Part shown: in pieces, positions 1 through 8,781 of the stretch
Layout: each line of letters opens with the position of its first letter
Numbering within the stretch: position 1 is the stretch's first letter
Assembly: GCA_963835065.1 (NCBI GenBank)
Contig: CAWIEK010000042.1
Span: forward strand, 32,001-96,000
Source of the DNA: an uncultured Chthonomonadaceae bacterium
GTDB taxonomy: Bacteria > Armatimonadota > Chthonomonadetes > Chthonomonadales > Chthonomonadaceae
Direction of reading: 5' to 3'
DNA length: 64,000 nucleotides
The notes under the pieces: model-generated
The model's database searches: none
The model's input: only the letters and a program-made list of their open reading frames with translations
What the model was told of the DNA's origin: nothing
Position numbers and translations under genes: made by a program

Positions 1-1
1 C

Positions 2-733
2 CTGACGCGAGCGGAAACGGTTGCCCTGCTTGACAGCGAACATTTGATTTTGGACCCGCGCCTGCAAACCCTGCGCTCCCGCGACCTGCCGGTTGCCGAC
101 GCGCTGGTGTTGTCCATCAGCCTGCCCAAAAAGAACGAGCCGCTTGTCGGCTATCAGGCGCGTCGGAACACGCCGCCCATTGACCTGCGGGCGATTGGCG
201 GGGCGCGTATCAGCCACTATTGGGACCGGATACACGGCGGCAGCAAGCCCGTGATTCTGGAACCGGACGAGTTTTACATTTTCGCAAGCCGCGAACTGGT
301 ACGCCTGCCGCCCGAATACTGCGCCGAAATGGTGGCCTTCGATGCCAGCAGCGGGGAAGTCCGCACCCACTACGCGGGCTTTTTCGACAGCGGCTTTGGC
401 TACGGCGCAGAGCATAATGCCGACCAGACCGCCGCCGCCGTTGTCCTGGAAGTGCGCAGCCGGGACGTGCCGTTTTTAATTGAGGACGGGCAGCCCCTGT
501 TCCGGGTTCACGTTCTGCGCAGCGTGGAGCCGCCGGATATTCTGTACGGCAGCCGCCTGGGTTCCAACTATCAGGGGCAGCGCCTGCGCCTGAGCAAGCA
601 GTTCACCGGGACACCCGATGATGCGGAAGCCGACCCCGCGCAGCCCCGTCTTGACTTTTCCACAACGTCAGGAGAGAGGAACCGCGAAACACACGAACCA
701 AACGAAAAGAGGAGGAAAGAGGAAAGGAAATAG
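2..733 (+). CDS. dcd: dCTP deaminase (DCD family), 5'-truncated by the window edge
   Basis: Frame open from base 2; motifs LEPDEFYIFASRE, GEVRTHYAGFFDSGFG, AVVLEVRSRDVPF and GSNYQGQRLRLSKQF match the long DCD-type dCTP deaminases. Confidence 0.8.
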   Translation: MTRAETVALLDSEHLILDPRLQTLRSRDLPVADALVLSISLPKKNEPLVGYQARRNTPPIDLRAIGGARISHYWDRIHGGSKPVILEPDEFYIFASRELVRLPPEYCAEMVAFDASSGEVRTHYAGFFDSGFGYGAEHNADQTAAAVVLEVRSRDVPFLIEDGQPLFRVHVLRSVEPPDILYGSRLGSNYQGQRLRLSKQFTGTPDDAEADPAQPRLDFSTTSGERNRETHEPNEKRRKEERK

Positions 734-1024
734 ACAGGATTAAACAGGATTACGAACTGAGATAACACGTCTGTTTGTTCTGAACTGGATGTTAAAATTA
801 TAGAAAAGGATATGTAGAGGCAGCGTCGAAATCTTGGCAATGCAGCGCTTCCAGCCCGATGTCTCGTTGTGTCAAGTTGTAGAAGAGAGGCGTCGTGACC
901 TCCGCAGCGTCAAGGCGAACGGGAGGGGTGAAACATAGGACTGGCACCTCCCTTCTTAAGTTGATAGTTGATAGGAACTCGGACGTTCAACCTTCCTGTC
1001 TGTACAGTAGACATTTGTACTATA

Positions 1025-1052
1025 TAGACAGGGGGAAGGGGCAAAAGGTTCA
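1025..1052 (-). promoter_or_regulatory. putative ECF-sigma-type promoter (TGAACC-N17-GTCTA)
   Basis: Minus strand reads TGAACCttttgccccttccccctGTCTAtata, resembling the ECF GAAC/TCTA consensus. Confidence 0.35.
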
Positions 1053-1130
1053 CCCTTTTTCGCGTTGTTTGGAGTTTTTCTGGAATTATTTTTTGAGGTG
1101 TGAAGACTGCCGACAAGAAACAGGAAGACG

Positions 1131-1703
1131 CTACTCCTGCCCGCCTGAAATTTGTATAACCTGTTCTGGTGCCTGCGCTTCTGCTGTTGCGACCTGAAAC
1201 AGTACGGGCGGTTGTGTCTGCATGGGGTGCGGGGAAGCGTGTGTCAGGCTGTCGGAAACGGGGGTATCCACAGTGTTTACATTGTCGTCAGTGGAGCGAA
1301 GCAGTTGATCGGCGGGGGTTTGCTGATCGTTTCGCGTGGCACGGAGCAAAATGTTTTGCTGTGCCTGCGCTGATGGGGAAGAAGCGCGTACCAGCGTTTG
1401 GGTGGGCGGCAGTAAGATCGCGTTCGCCTGAGTCAAAGGCAGCACTTCCTCCAGCCGCGCGGCCTGCCGGAGTTTCCCCATGCCGAGGCGACCCAACCGA
1501 AACGCCATGACCGCGAAGAACAGGGCGGCAATCCACCCGAACAGCCCGTAGTTTGCCGATGCCACGCCAACGGCCAGCGCAATGCAAATTAACACTTCCA
1601 CAAGGGAGAAAACGGCAGAGGTTCGCAATAACGCGCGGCTCGTTTGCGTCGCCGCGTATTCGCCCTTGCTGACAATTCGCTTATTGGTGGTTTTCGGCTC
1701 CAT
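1131..1703 (-). CDS. hypothetical membrane protein, KRIVSKGEY paralog family copy A
   Basis: Starts MEPKTTNKRIVSKGEY after GGAGG; two TM segments; C-terminal LVRAS/LLRA/LLRS block shared with 4758..5249. Confidence 0.75.
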   Translation of the reverse strand: MEPKTTNKRIVSKGEYAATQTSRALLRTSAVFSLVEVLICIALAVGVASANYGLFGWIAALFFAVMAFRLGRLGMGKLRQAARLEEVLPLTQANAILLPPTQTLVRASSPSAQAQQNILLRATRNDQQTPADQLLRSTDDNVNTVDTPVSDSLTHASPHPMQTQPPVLFQVATAEAQAPEQVIQISGGQE

Positions 1704-1735
1704 CCCTGCGCCTCCCCTGCCTGAAAACGGAATCC

Positions 1736-1915
1736 TCAAAAGCGGTCGCGGCGATACCAGAACGCGGCCCCGGCAGCCAGCCACACGCCTGCAATCAGGG
1801 CGGCTTTACTGCCGGTCGTCAGTTCCATTCCCATGCGGGGCATGACAAACAAAACGTATAGCGTCAGTAACAATCCGGCTGCCAGCTTTATCTTTTGTCT
1901 GCGGTTGATTCGCAT
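1736..1915 (-). CDS. small two-TM hypothetical protein (59 aa)
   Basis: Strong RBS AGGAGGT before ATG; MRINRRQKIKLAAGLLLTLYVLF...AAFWYRRDRF. Confidence 0.6.
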   Translation of the reverse strand: MRINRRQKIKLAAGLLLTLYVLFVMPRMGMELTTGSKAALIAGVWLAAGAAFWYRRDRF

Positions 1916-2231
1916 TTGTTTACCTCCTGTCTTACTCATCTTCATCTGCCGAGCGCTTCCGGTTCGCCTCCCCTTGTATTTTCTACTTCCAGCTTTGAGT
2001 TTCCTGCTACTCCTGATAAACAGACAGAAGGGAAGAAGAGAAGAAGAGAAGCCGGTAACCTGGTCAATGCCCTGCGCAACCCTGTTTCTTGTGCGCATGT
2101 AGTGAAATTCTTGATAACTTAATCCTTCGGAGGCTTTCTTTTATAGTGTGCCCCGCGACAGGCGCGTTATCTGTAGTTTCTTAATAAATAGCGAGCCAGG
2201 ATAAAGCCTACCACGACGTAAGGATTTCAGA

Positions 2232-3470
2232 ATGTTTTTGCGCAAGATGCCCCCCGCCGGGCCGGTTCTGTTGTTGTTGCTTTTGCTGTCGCTCACGCCG
2301 TTATCATGCCACAGGCAGCCGGTGCTTGTGGCGGAGCCGAGTACAAGCCTCCCGGCGGATCAACCCCATGTTTCTGCGGATAGCGAAGAGAACCTCGTAG
2401 ACCAAATCGCGCCCGACCTCAAAGTAGATTACCTCATGGATGCCCGCGCGCACATGCCGTTTGTCGCTCTGGACGCTCCCCCAATGGTGAAAGCCTCCGA
2501 AACTGACTTCCTCAACGAACAGGAGACTGTGCTGGGCATTACTGAGGGAGGCGAAAGCCGCGCGTATCCTACCCGTTACCTGACGTTCCATCATGTCATC
2601 AATGACACGATTGGAACGCCACCGCGCGCCGCGCGTCCCATCGCCGTTACCTACTGCAACGTGTGCAGCGTCGGCATCTGCTACGATCCTGTAGTTTACG
2701 GCAAGACGCTGCTGTTTGACTTCTTCGGCATCTATAACGGCGTGGTAGCCTTGTGTGAGCGCCAGACGAAGGGCGTGTTCTTGCTGGCGGAGGGGCGCAT
2801 CGTGAGTGGTCCTCTGACGGGAACCCGCCTCAACACGATTGCTGCGCTGGATACTACCTGGGGCGCGTGGAAGCGGCTTCATCCCGATACACTCGTTATG
2901 TCGCCGCAAACGCCTTTCGCAAAGTATTACGGCTCTCCTGCGCAGCCTGTGAAACGGGTTGAAACCGGCTTTCCTGTTCCTTATTTTCAGGCGTCGGTCA
3001 CGCGCGGCGACACGCGCCTGCCTCCCTTCGAAACGGTACTGGCTCTGACCCTGCCCAACGACCCTCTACGCCAGGCGCCCTTACATCGCGCTTATCCTCT
3101 AAAGACGCTGCTGCAAGCGGGGAACGTGGTCAACGAAGTCTTCGGCAACAAACCTATAAGTGTGTTGCTGGACAAGCAAACCCAAACTGCCGTTGCTGTC
3201 TCGCGCCGTGTTGGGACACAAACCTTGACGCTGGAAGCCTCCAGGCAAGCGGGGGATACAAACGCCTTTTATGACCGCGAGACGGGCACGCGCTGGAACG
3301 TGGAAGGCCGAGGAGAAGCAGGGCCGTTGAAAGGCAAAGCGCTTGCGCGGCTGGACAGTCATATAAGCCAGTGGTACGGTTGGGCGGCTTCTTTCCCGGA
3401 TACCACCATCTATGGCCGTAACGATCCACCCCAACCGGGCAATCCTTTCAGGAGAATGGAATCTCCGTAG
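2232..3470 (+). CDS. DUF3179 domain putative lipoprotein
   Basis: Lipobox-like LTPLSC; ESRAYP, HHVIND, VTYCNVCS, TTWGAWKRLHPDT and WYGWAASFPDT motifs; two-repeat architecture. Confidence 0.8.
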   Translation: MFLRKMPPAGPVLLLLLLLSLTPLSCHRQPVLVAEPSTSLPADQPHVSADSEENLVDQIAPDLKVDYLMDARAHMPFVALDAPPMVKASETDFLNEQETVLGITEGGESRAYPTRYLTFHHVINDTIGTPPRAARPIAVTYCNVCSVGICYDPVVYGKTLLFDFFGIYNGVVALCERQTKGVFLLAEGRIVSGPLTGTRLNTIAALDTTWGAWKRLHPDTLVMSPQTPFAKYYGSPAQPVKRVETGFPVPYFQASVTRGDTRLPPFETVLALTLPNDPLRQAPLHRAYPLKTLLQAGNVVNEVFGNKPISVLLDKQTQTAVAVSRRVGTQTLTLEASRQAGDTNAFYDRETGTRWNVEGRGEAGPLKGKALARLDSHISQWYGWAASFPDTTIYGRNDPPQPGNPFRRMESP

Positions 3471-3638
3471 GCGGCACGCGGTAATGGGCAAACGCCGCCT
3501 GATTTACCGGGAACTTCAAGCGAAAGCAGGAACCAGAAAGATTTTTGAGGATAAATCACGGATTGGCAAACGCAGAGGTGAGATGCCGAACGAAGCAGTA
3601 TGTTTGAGATAGAAACCGAACGAAACCTGAATAACCAA

Positions 3639-3711
3639 TGGAGCTGAGGGGATTCGAACCCCTGACCTCTTCGATGCGAACGAAGCGCTCTCCCAACTGA
3701 GCCACAGCCCC
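3639..3711 (-). tRNA. tRNA-Ala(CGC)
   Basis: Reverse complement GGGGCTGTGGCTCAGTTGGGAGAGCGCTTCGTTCGCATCGAAGAGGTCAGGGGTTCGAATCCCCTCAGCTCCA folds as a cloverleaf with anticodon CGC and a G3:U70 pair; CCA not encoded. Confidence 0.97.
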
Positions 3712-3730
3712 GACTTCCAAACACAAGTTT

Positions 3731-3760
3731 AGTATACTCCTGAGACGTGGAAAATGTCAA
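3731..3760 (-). promoter_or_regulatory. sigma70 promoter of tRNA-Ala
   Basis: TTGACA-N18-TATACT about 20 nt upstream of the tRNA 5' end. Confidence 0.75.
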
Positions 3761-3939
3761 GCAGGTTTTTGATTGCGGCGGCAGGAAGGCGGCGCAAAAA
3801 GATTTGCGCGGCTAGAGGAGCATTTCAGGCACTGTTGCCGTTGCGCCTGCTTGCCGCGTTCTTATTTGTTGCCGCCCGTTTGCCGCATTGATTTTATGTC
3901 GTCAGCAGGAGTTTGGTAACGGATAGAGAATGTAGGGGC

Positions 3940-4725
3940 ATGAAACATCGTCGCGTCCTAATTTTATCTTTGCTTGTTGTCGCGCTGGTGGGCGGCTGTG
4001 GCTGGTGGGCGTGGCAGGCGAAACGGCAGTATGCGCTTGATCGGGAGTTGATTGCGGCTCTGGTGAAAAATGACAGCAATCAGGCGGCTGCACTGGTCCA
4101 TGCCGGCGCTGATCCTAATACGCGCTACGCCCCGTCGCTCTCGCCTGCCTTCAAACTGCTAGTCAACCAATTGCTGCGCCGCTCCTTCGTTCCCGCGCAC
4201 CCCACTCCTACTGCCTTTATGATCGTTTGTGGAGTGCCGTTTTATGATCCGGCGGATGCAAGAGTCACCTATACGTACCGGGAAGATTTGCCCTTGGCCC
4301 GCGCCATGCTGGAGCATGGAGCAGATTGCAACGCAGAAGGCGGGTATAATCGGTCTGCGCTTACCTGGGCTGTGATTACTCCCAATCCTAGAACGGCGCA
4401 GTTGCTTTTGGAACACGGCGCGAACGTCAACGCTCAAGATTACGACGGCTACGTACCACTCATGTGGGCTGTGATGAGGAACAATACGAATATGACACGC
4501 CTGCTGCTCACACATAGCGCAAACCTCCATACACAGGACGCACAGGGAGAAACGGCTCTGGAATTGGCTGTTGTATCGCAGGATGCGAAAATCGTCATTC
4601 CCGAACTGCTGGCGCATGGAGCCGACCCGAACCATGCGGACAGGTATGGCACGACCCCGATCATGCTTGCACACCAGCTTCACTATCTCGAAATTGAAGC
4701 GCTGCTGCGCAAAGACGCAAAATAG
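3940..4725 (+). CDS. membrane-anchored ankyrin repeat protein
   Basis: N-terminal TM segment; repeats LLLEHGANVNAQDYDGYVPLMWA, GETALELA and LLAHGADPNHADRYGTTPI. Confidence 0.9.
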   Translation: MKHRRVLILSLLVVALVGGCGWWAWQAKRQYALDRELIAALVKNDSNQAAALVHAGADPNTRYAPSLSPAFKLLVNQLLRRSFVPAHPTPTAFMIVCGVPFYDPADARVTYTYREDLPLARAMLEHGADCNAEGGYNRSALTWAVITPNPRTAQLLLEHGANVNAQDYDGYVPLMWAVMRNNTNMTRLLLTHSANLHTQDAQGETALELAVVSQDAKIVIPELLAHGADPNHADRYGTTPIMLAHQLHYLEIEALLRKDAK

Positions 4726-4757
4726 AACAAAGGGCGCAGAGGCAGGAGGGCGCAGGG

Positions 4758-5249
4758 ATGGAGCCGAAGACGGGCAAGCGGATTGTCAGCAAGGGCGAGT
4801 ATGTCAGGGCAAAGGGAATAGGGTTGAGCCTGCGCGTTTCCAGCAGAGGGTTCATGGCACTGGCAATTTGCTGCGCTTGTTTTGCGGCAGTGATGTTTTC
4901 GTGTTTCGCATGTAGTATTGTTGTATTTTTCATGATGCTATTTAGCGGCAGGAATGCGTGGTCTATGCCTCTCACGGCTCTCTACTTTCTTCTGGCGAGT
5001 GGGCTATCCGGCGCAGTCGGCATAGGTTTCGCGCGTCTGTGCTGGGCCAGTAGAAGCCGCGCAGAACGAATTGAGAATATCGTTCTATTTACCCACGCCA
5101 ACACTGCCGATCTACCCGCGCCTGACAGTTTGGTACGCGCTTCTTCGGAGCCGTTGCAGGCACAGGAGGCCGTGTTACTCCGAGCCGCTACGGAGGGGCA
5201 GGAGAGGCATGAGGATGAGTTGTTAAGGGCGTCTGTGGGAGGCAATTAG
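4758..5249 (+). CDS. hypothetical membrane protein, KRIVSKGEY paralog family copy B
   Basis: MEPKTGKRIVSKGEY start, TM hairpin, C-terminal ANTADLPAPDSLVRASSEPLQAQEAVLLRAA. Confidence 0.75.
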   Translation: MEPKTGKRIVSKGEYVRAKGIGLSLRVSSRGFMALAICCACFAAVMFSCFACSIVVFFMMLFSGRNAWSMPLTALYFLLASGLSGAVGIGFARLCWASRSRAERIENIVLFTHANTADLPAPDSLVRASSEPLQAQEAVLLRAATEGQERHEDELLRASVGGN

Positions 5250-5252
5250 ACT

Positions 5253-5480
5253 ATGGAAACGCTCAATCTCATCAGGATATACATACAGATATTTGTTCTG
5301 ATGACCTTTGTATTCTTCTTGCACCTTTTCGGGTGTGTGGTTGGCTGGCTCTTTCGCCTCCCCGTCATACCCGTAGGCTGCACATATTCGATGGGTGCAG
5401 ACAATCTCTGCTGCCGTTATCCTCGTGCTTTCAACCGAGTTGAACAGTACATCCTGTTCAGAATATTTCCCGGCGACTAA
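5253..5480 (+). CDS. possible small hydrophobic protein
   Basis: ATG 3 nt after the previous stop; hydrophobic N-terminal half; no recognisable motif. Confidence 0.3.
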   Translation: METLNLIRIYIQIFVLMTFVFFLHLFGCVVGWLFRLPVIPVGCTYSMGADNLCCRYPRAFNRVEQYILFRIFPGD

Positions 5481-5540
5481 ACTTTGCTCTCCATCCCTGC
5501 TGTGCGAGACGATGAGGCGGTAAAGAAACGAGGGCAGAAA

Positions 5541-6107
5541 ATGAAAACGGGGCTGTCACGTTTCTGGTACAGGTTTAAGAACTGGTTTCGCACAAAGCCG
5601 GGGTTGGGGGAGCCGTTGACGTTCTTGTGTGGTTCGGAAGAAGAACTGCGGCGGGTGACAACATGGATTTGCCATGCAAATCCACAACTCTTTCAAGAAA
5701 CTCCCAGAGTAGGTGTCGCTTACATAGCGGTGAACGACGAGTGCCATGGCAAGGGAAGAACAGGGCTTCCGACACTATATCCGCCAACATCGTTGTCCAC
5801 CAGGTATTGTGAATTGCTACAAACGTTGTGCAATCTGGCTTGGCGGAACAATCAGTTTACTGGTACGCATTGGAACTTCTTCAATGACGATGAACGGGAG
5901 TACGTGCAATATGCTTGCAACCGTGGAGGCTTCCCTCGTTCTATGGGGATCATCGAGCATAGACATCAGGTAGTGGTTGGCGTAAAACAACCCTCTGCTC
6001 ACGAACGCGCCGAAGCCCTGCTTGCCCTCTCCGAATGGCTGGACGGCAAAGTGAGCGAACAGGAAAAACGCAAACTCCTCCAATTGCCCGATGATTTTGA
6101 GTTTTGA
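5541..6107 (+). CDS. hypothetical protein
   Basis: 188-aa ORF with GAGG RBS, lower GC, ends PSAHERAEALLALSEWLDGKVSEQEKRKLL. Confidence 0.6.
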   Translation: MKTGLSRFWYRFKNWFRTKPGLGEPLTFLCGSEEELRRVTTWICHANPQLFQETPRVGVAYIAVNDECHGKGRTGLPTLYPPTSLSTRYCELLQTLCNLAWRNNQFTGTHWNFFNDDEREYVQYACNRGGFPRSMGIIEHRHQVVVGVKQPSAHERAEALLALSEWLDGKVSEQEKRKLLQLPDDFEF

Positions 6108-6397
6108 CCACCGCCTTCAATCTTGCCCCGGCCCAAAATCCCCGCGCCCGACAGCCCCTAATTCCCTTTCCTGTGTGTCGGCTGCCACCCTAACTCGAAA
6201 AGAAATGGCAGGTGTGGGAAACACGGCGGACAAGCGGCATAAAGGATTGCGCAGGTGGCGAGGGATATTACCATGCCCTGCTTTCACTATGCCCACTTGC
6301 CATGTTTTTGTTTGCATACCGTCCATCCGCTACATTCAATTGTCCATTCCCGCTGTTGTCAGCAGGAGTTTGGTGGACGGCGGCGAATGTAGGGAGT

Positions 6398-7201
6398 ATG
6401 AAGATACGTCGGCCACTAATTCTCTCGTTGCTTATTGTCGCGCTGCTGGTGGGCGGCTGTGGCCTGTGGGTGTGGCAGGCGAAACGGCAGTATGCGCTTG
6501 ATCGGGAGTTGATTGCCGCTCTTAAACAGAACGACACCAAACAAGCGCTGGTTCTTGTCAATGCGGGAGCCGACCCCAACACGCGCTTGATGCCGACGCC
6601 CGCGCCGACGCTTAAACAACTCCTGCAACGATGCCTGCGCCATAGGCCTTGCCTGTCGCTGATAGCCCCACCGCGTTCATGGCCTGTGCGGATGTGGTCT
6701 GGGCGCAAAACGATTCCGTAATGGGCGGTAGAGGTTAAGGAGGATGTGCCATTGATACGGCCATGCTCCTGAACGGGGCGGACGTGAACGCGAGGACGAC
6801 TTACAGAGAGCCTGGCCTGATTTACACGAACTGTTCTGCTAGGCGCTGTTCTCAATCAGCATGCGGCTGCGTGTTCAAGTGTTATTGGAACACGGGGCAA
6901 GGGTCAACGAACCGGCTTTGAATGGAACGACGGCCTTGATGATTGCTGCAAGCGATGGTATGAACAGAAAGGCATATACGCGCATTGTTGGCGCATGGGG
7001 CGAACGTCCGAGCCGCAAATAGCGATGGAGACACGGCCCTGCATTGGGCTGTACGGAGGACAGGGATATTGTAGAGGCAACTATTGGCGCATGGAGCCGA
7101 TCCGTAACCTTCCCAATAAACGTGGCGAGACAGCCATCACGTGGGCACAACGGGAACACCGTCCTGACATCGTAGCCTTGCTCCGAAAAGGCGGGAAGTA
7201 G
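6398..7201 (+). pseudogene. second ankyrin repeat protein with multiple frameshifts (decay or sequencing error)
   Basis: N-terminus nearly identical to the 3940 gene (WQAKRQYALDRELIAAL..ND...GADPNTR); ankyrin fragments across frames; ends PNKRGETAITWA...ALLRKGGK. Confidence 0.8.
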
Positions 7202-7235
7202 CACAAGAAGAAGGGTAGAGGCAGGAGGCGAAGGG

Positions 7236-7532
7236 ATGGAGCCGGCGAAAACGGGCAAGCGGATTGTCAGCAAGAGCGAGTATGTTCAGACACAGGGAAA
7301 GCGAACGGGACTGCGGGTATGGGGTATCTGCTTGTTTGGTTTTACCGTAATTTTTGCTTTGCAAGCCGCATCCTGCATGATGAATCTACTCTATCACCTG
7401 TTTTATGGAGCAAATAGAATTCTCGCCGTATCCGTTTACACCGTCTTTTTTCTCCTGACGGGAGCGGGGAGTTGCTTCTGTCGCAGATGGGGTCAGAACG
7501 CTATGGAGCGGGCGGCAACACTGGATACATGA
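7236..7532 (+). CDS. KRIVSKGEY paralog family copy C, lacking the conserved C-terminal block
   Basis: MEPAKTGKRIVSKSEY and two TM segments; stops where the LVRAS block of copies A and B begins. Confidence 0.7.
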   Translation: MEPAKTGKRIVSKSEYVQTQGKRTGLRVWGICLFGFTVIFALQAASCMMNLLYHLFYGANRILAVSVYTVFFLLTGAGSCFCRRWGQNAMERAATLDT

Positions 7533-7545
7533 TTGGAGCCAAAGA

Positions 7546-8061
7546 ATGCCCGGAGCGCGCGCTCACGATATAATAACTCTGCTGACGGCTGCTGCCGCTG
7601 ACGGCGCGTATTTTGCGTTGGCTCCCCATCCCAACACTAATTACGCCGCGCTGTTTACCATTTCCTACCTGTTTGCCGGGTATGCCTGCGCGGGCGATCT
7701 GGATTTGGACAGCCGGGAATACCGGCGTTGGGGATTGCTGCGTTTTATCTGGAAGCCGTATCAAGCTCTGGTTCCGCACCGCTCGTGGGTGTCGCACGGC
7801 CTGATTTTGGGCGGCGTGATCCGGGCGGCGTATCTGGCGATTGTCACGACGCTGCTCGGCTGTCTCCTCGTCTGGCTGATCAGCCGTTTGGGACCGCATC
7901 TGGACGCGACCCAATTGGCGGAGCAGCAGTGGCAATCCCTGTTCGCGTTGGCGCAGTCGCGTCCGCAGGAAACGCTTGCCCTGTCGAGCGGTTTTGTCCT
8001 TGCCGGAACCACGCACTCGCTTGCCGACATTATCTGGTCGGGCTTGAAACGCCGTTTTTAA
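7546..8061 (+). CDS. DUF2227 putative metal-binding membrane protein
   Basis: MPGARAHD, DLDLDS...RWG.LRFIWKPY...HRS..SHG and HSLAD motifs. Confidence 0.85.
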   Translation: MPGARAHDIITLLTAAAADGAYFALAPHPNTNYAALFTISYLFAGYACAGDLDLDSREYRRWGLLRFIWKPYQALVPHRSWVSHGLILGGVIRAAYLAIVTTLLGCLLVWLISRLGPHLDATQLAEQQWQSLFALAQSRPQETLALSSGFVLAGTTHSLADIIWSGLKRRF

Positions 8062-8210
8062 CGGCGCGTCAGAACGTAAAACTATCAAAAGAAAGGCGCT
8101 CAAGAAACGTTTTCTCGTGAAGAGTAGGTTTGGTTTGGAGCATCATCGGGTATACTGGAAAATGAAGCAAATATCGCTTGTACTCGTTGCCTGACGCAGG
8201 ATGTGAAACA

Positions 8211-8615
8211 ATGCGCCGTTTTGTGGGATGGCTGCTAATTTGTTGTTTTCTGGTTTGGGGGCCGCTGGAAATGCTGCCCCTCGCCCTTGCCCCGCGCCTG
8301 CCCCACACCCCTGTTGCCGTTGCCTCCGCCAAACCCGCCTGCGCCTGCGCGATCTGCGCCGCCCGCCGCGCTGATCCCAAAGCCTGCTGCTGTACTAAAG
8401 CGTACACGCCCGCCGAAACACTGGTCATGCAGGCGCAATGCGACGACCAACACGCCACCGCCCTTGTCGTCAAAGCCAAACTGCCCCTGATACTGCCGAC
8501 GTTATTTGCATCCCCTGTCAGCCCTGTCTACGCCTTCAATCACGTCTTCTATTACGCGCCCCTCCTGCGCGTCCTGACTTCCGAACCTTCCGAACCGCCT
8601 CCCTGTCACGCTTAA
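8211..8615 (+). CDS. Cys-rich exported small protein with C-terminal PPP (DUF2946/CutF-like architecture)
   Basis: Hydrophobic N-terminus, CACAIC...CCC cluster, ends EPSEPPPCHA. Confidence 0.6.
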   Translation: MRRFVGWLLICCFLVWGPLEMLPLALAPRLPHTPVAVASAKPACACAICAARRADPKACCCTKAYTPAETLVMQAQCDDQHATALVVKAKLPLILPTLFASPVSPVYAFNHVFYYAPLLRVLTSEPSEPPPCHA

Positions 8616-8657
8616 ACCTTGCCGTTTGTTCAAAACTCTTTTTTGATCGCCTGCTCA

Positions 8658-8688
8658 CGGGGCGCAGCGTGTCGTTACACGCGCCCCG
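8658..8688 (+). promoter_or_regulatory. stem-loop between the Cys-rich ORF and the DUF1559 gene
   Basis: CGGGGCGC...GCGCCCCG perfect 8-bp stem plus inner GTGT/ACAC stem. Confidence 0.45.
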
Positions 8689-8781
8689 ATTTGCCGCTAT
8701 GCCTGCCTTTACATTCTACAAAGGGAAACAAGGACAGCCTGAGCGCGGCGATACAACCCTTTTCCGCGTGACCGAGAGGCA

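Noticed and set aside
3639..7532. Integrative element at tRNA-Ala
   Set aside because: No integrase in the window and no duplicated tRNA 3' end noticed; most of the variable genes lie on the 5' side of the tRNA
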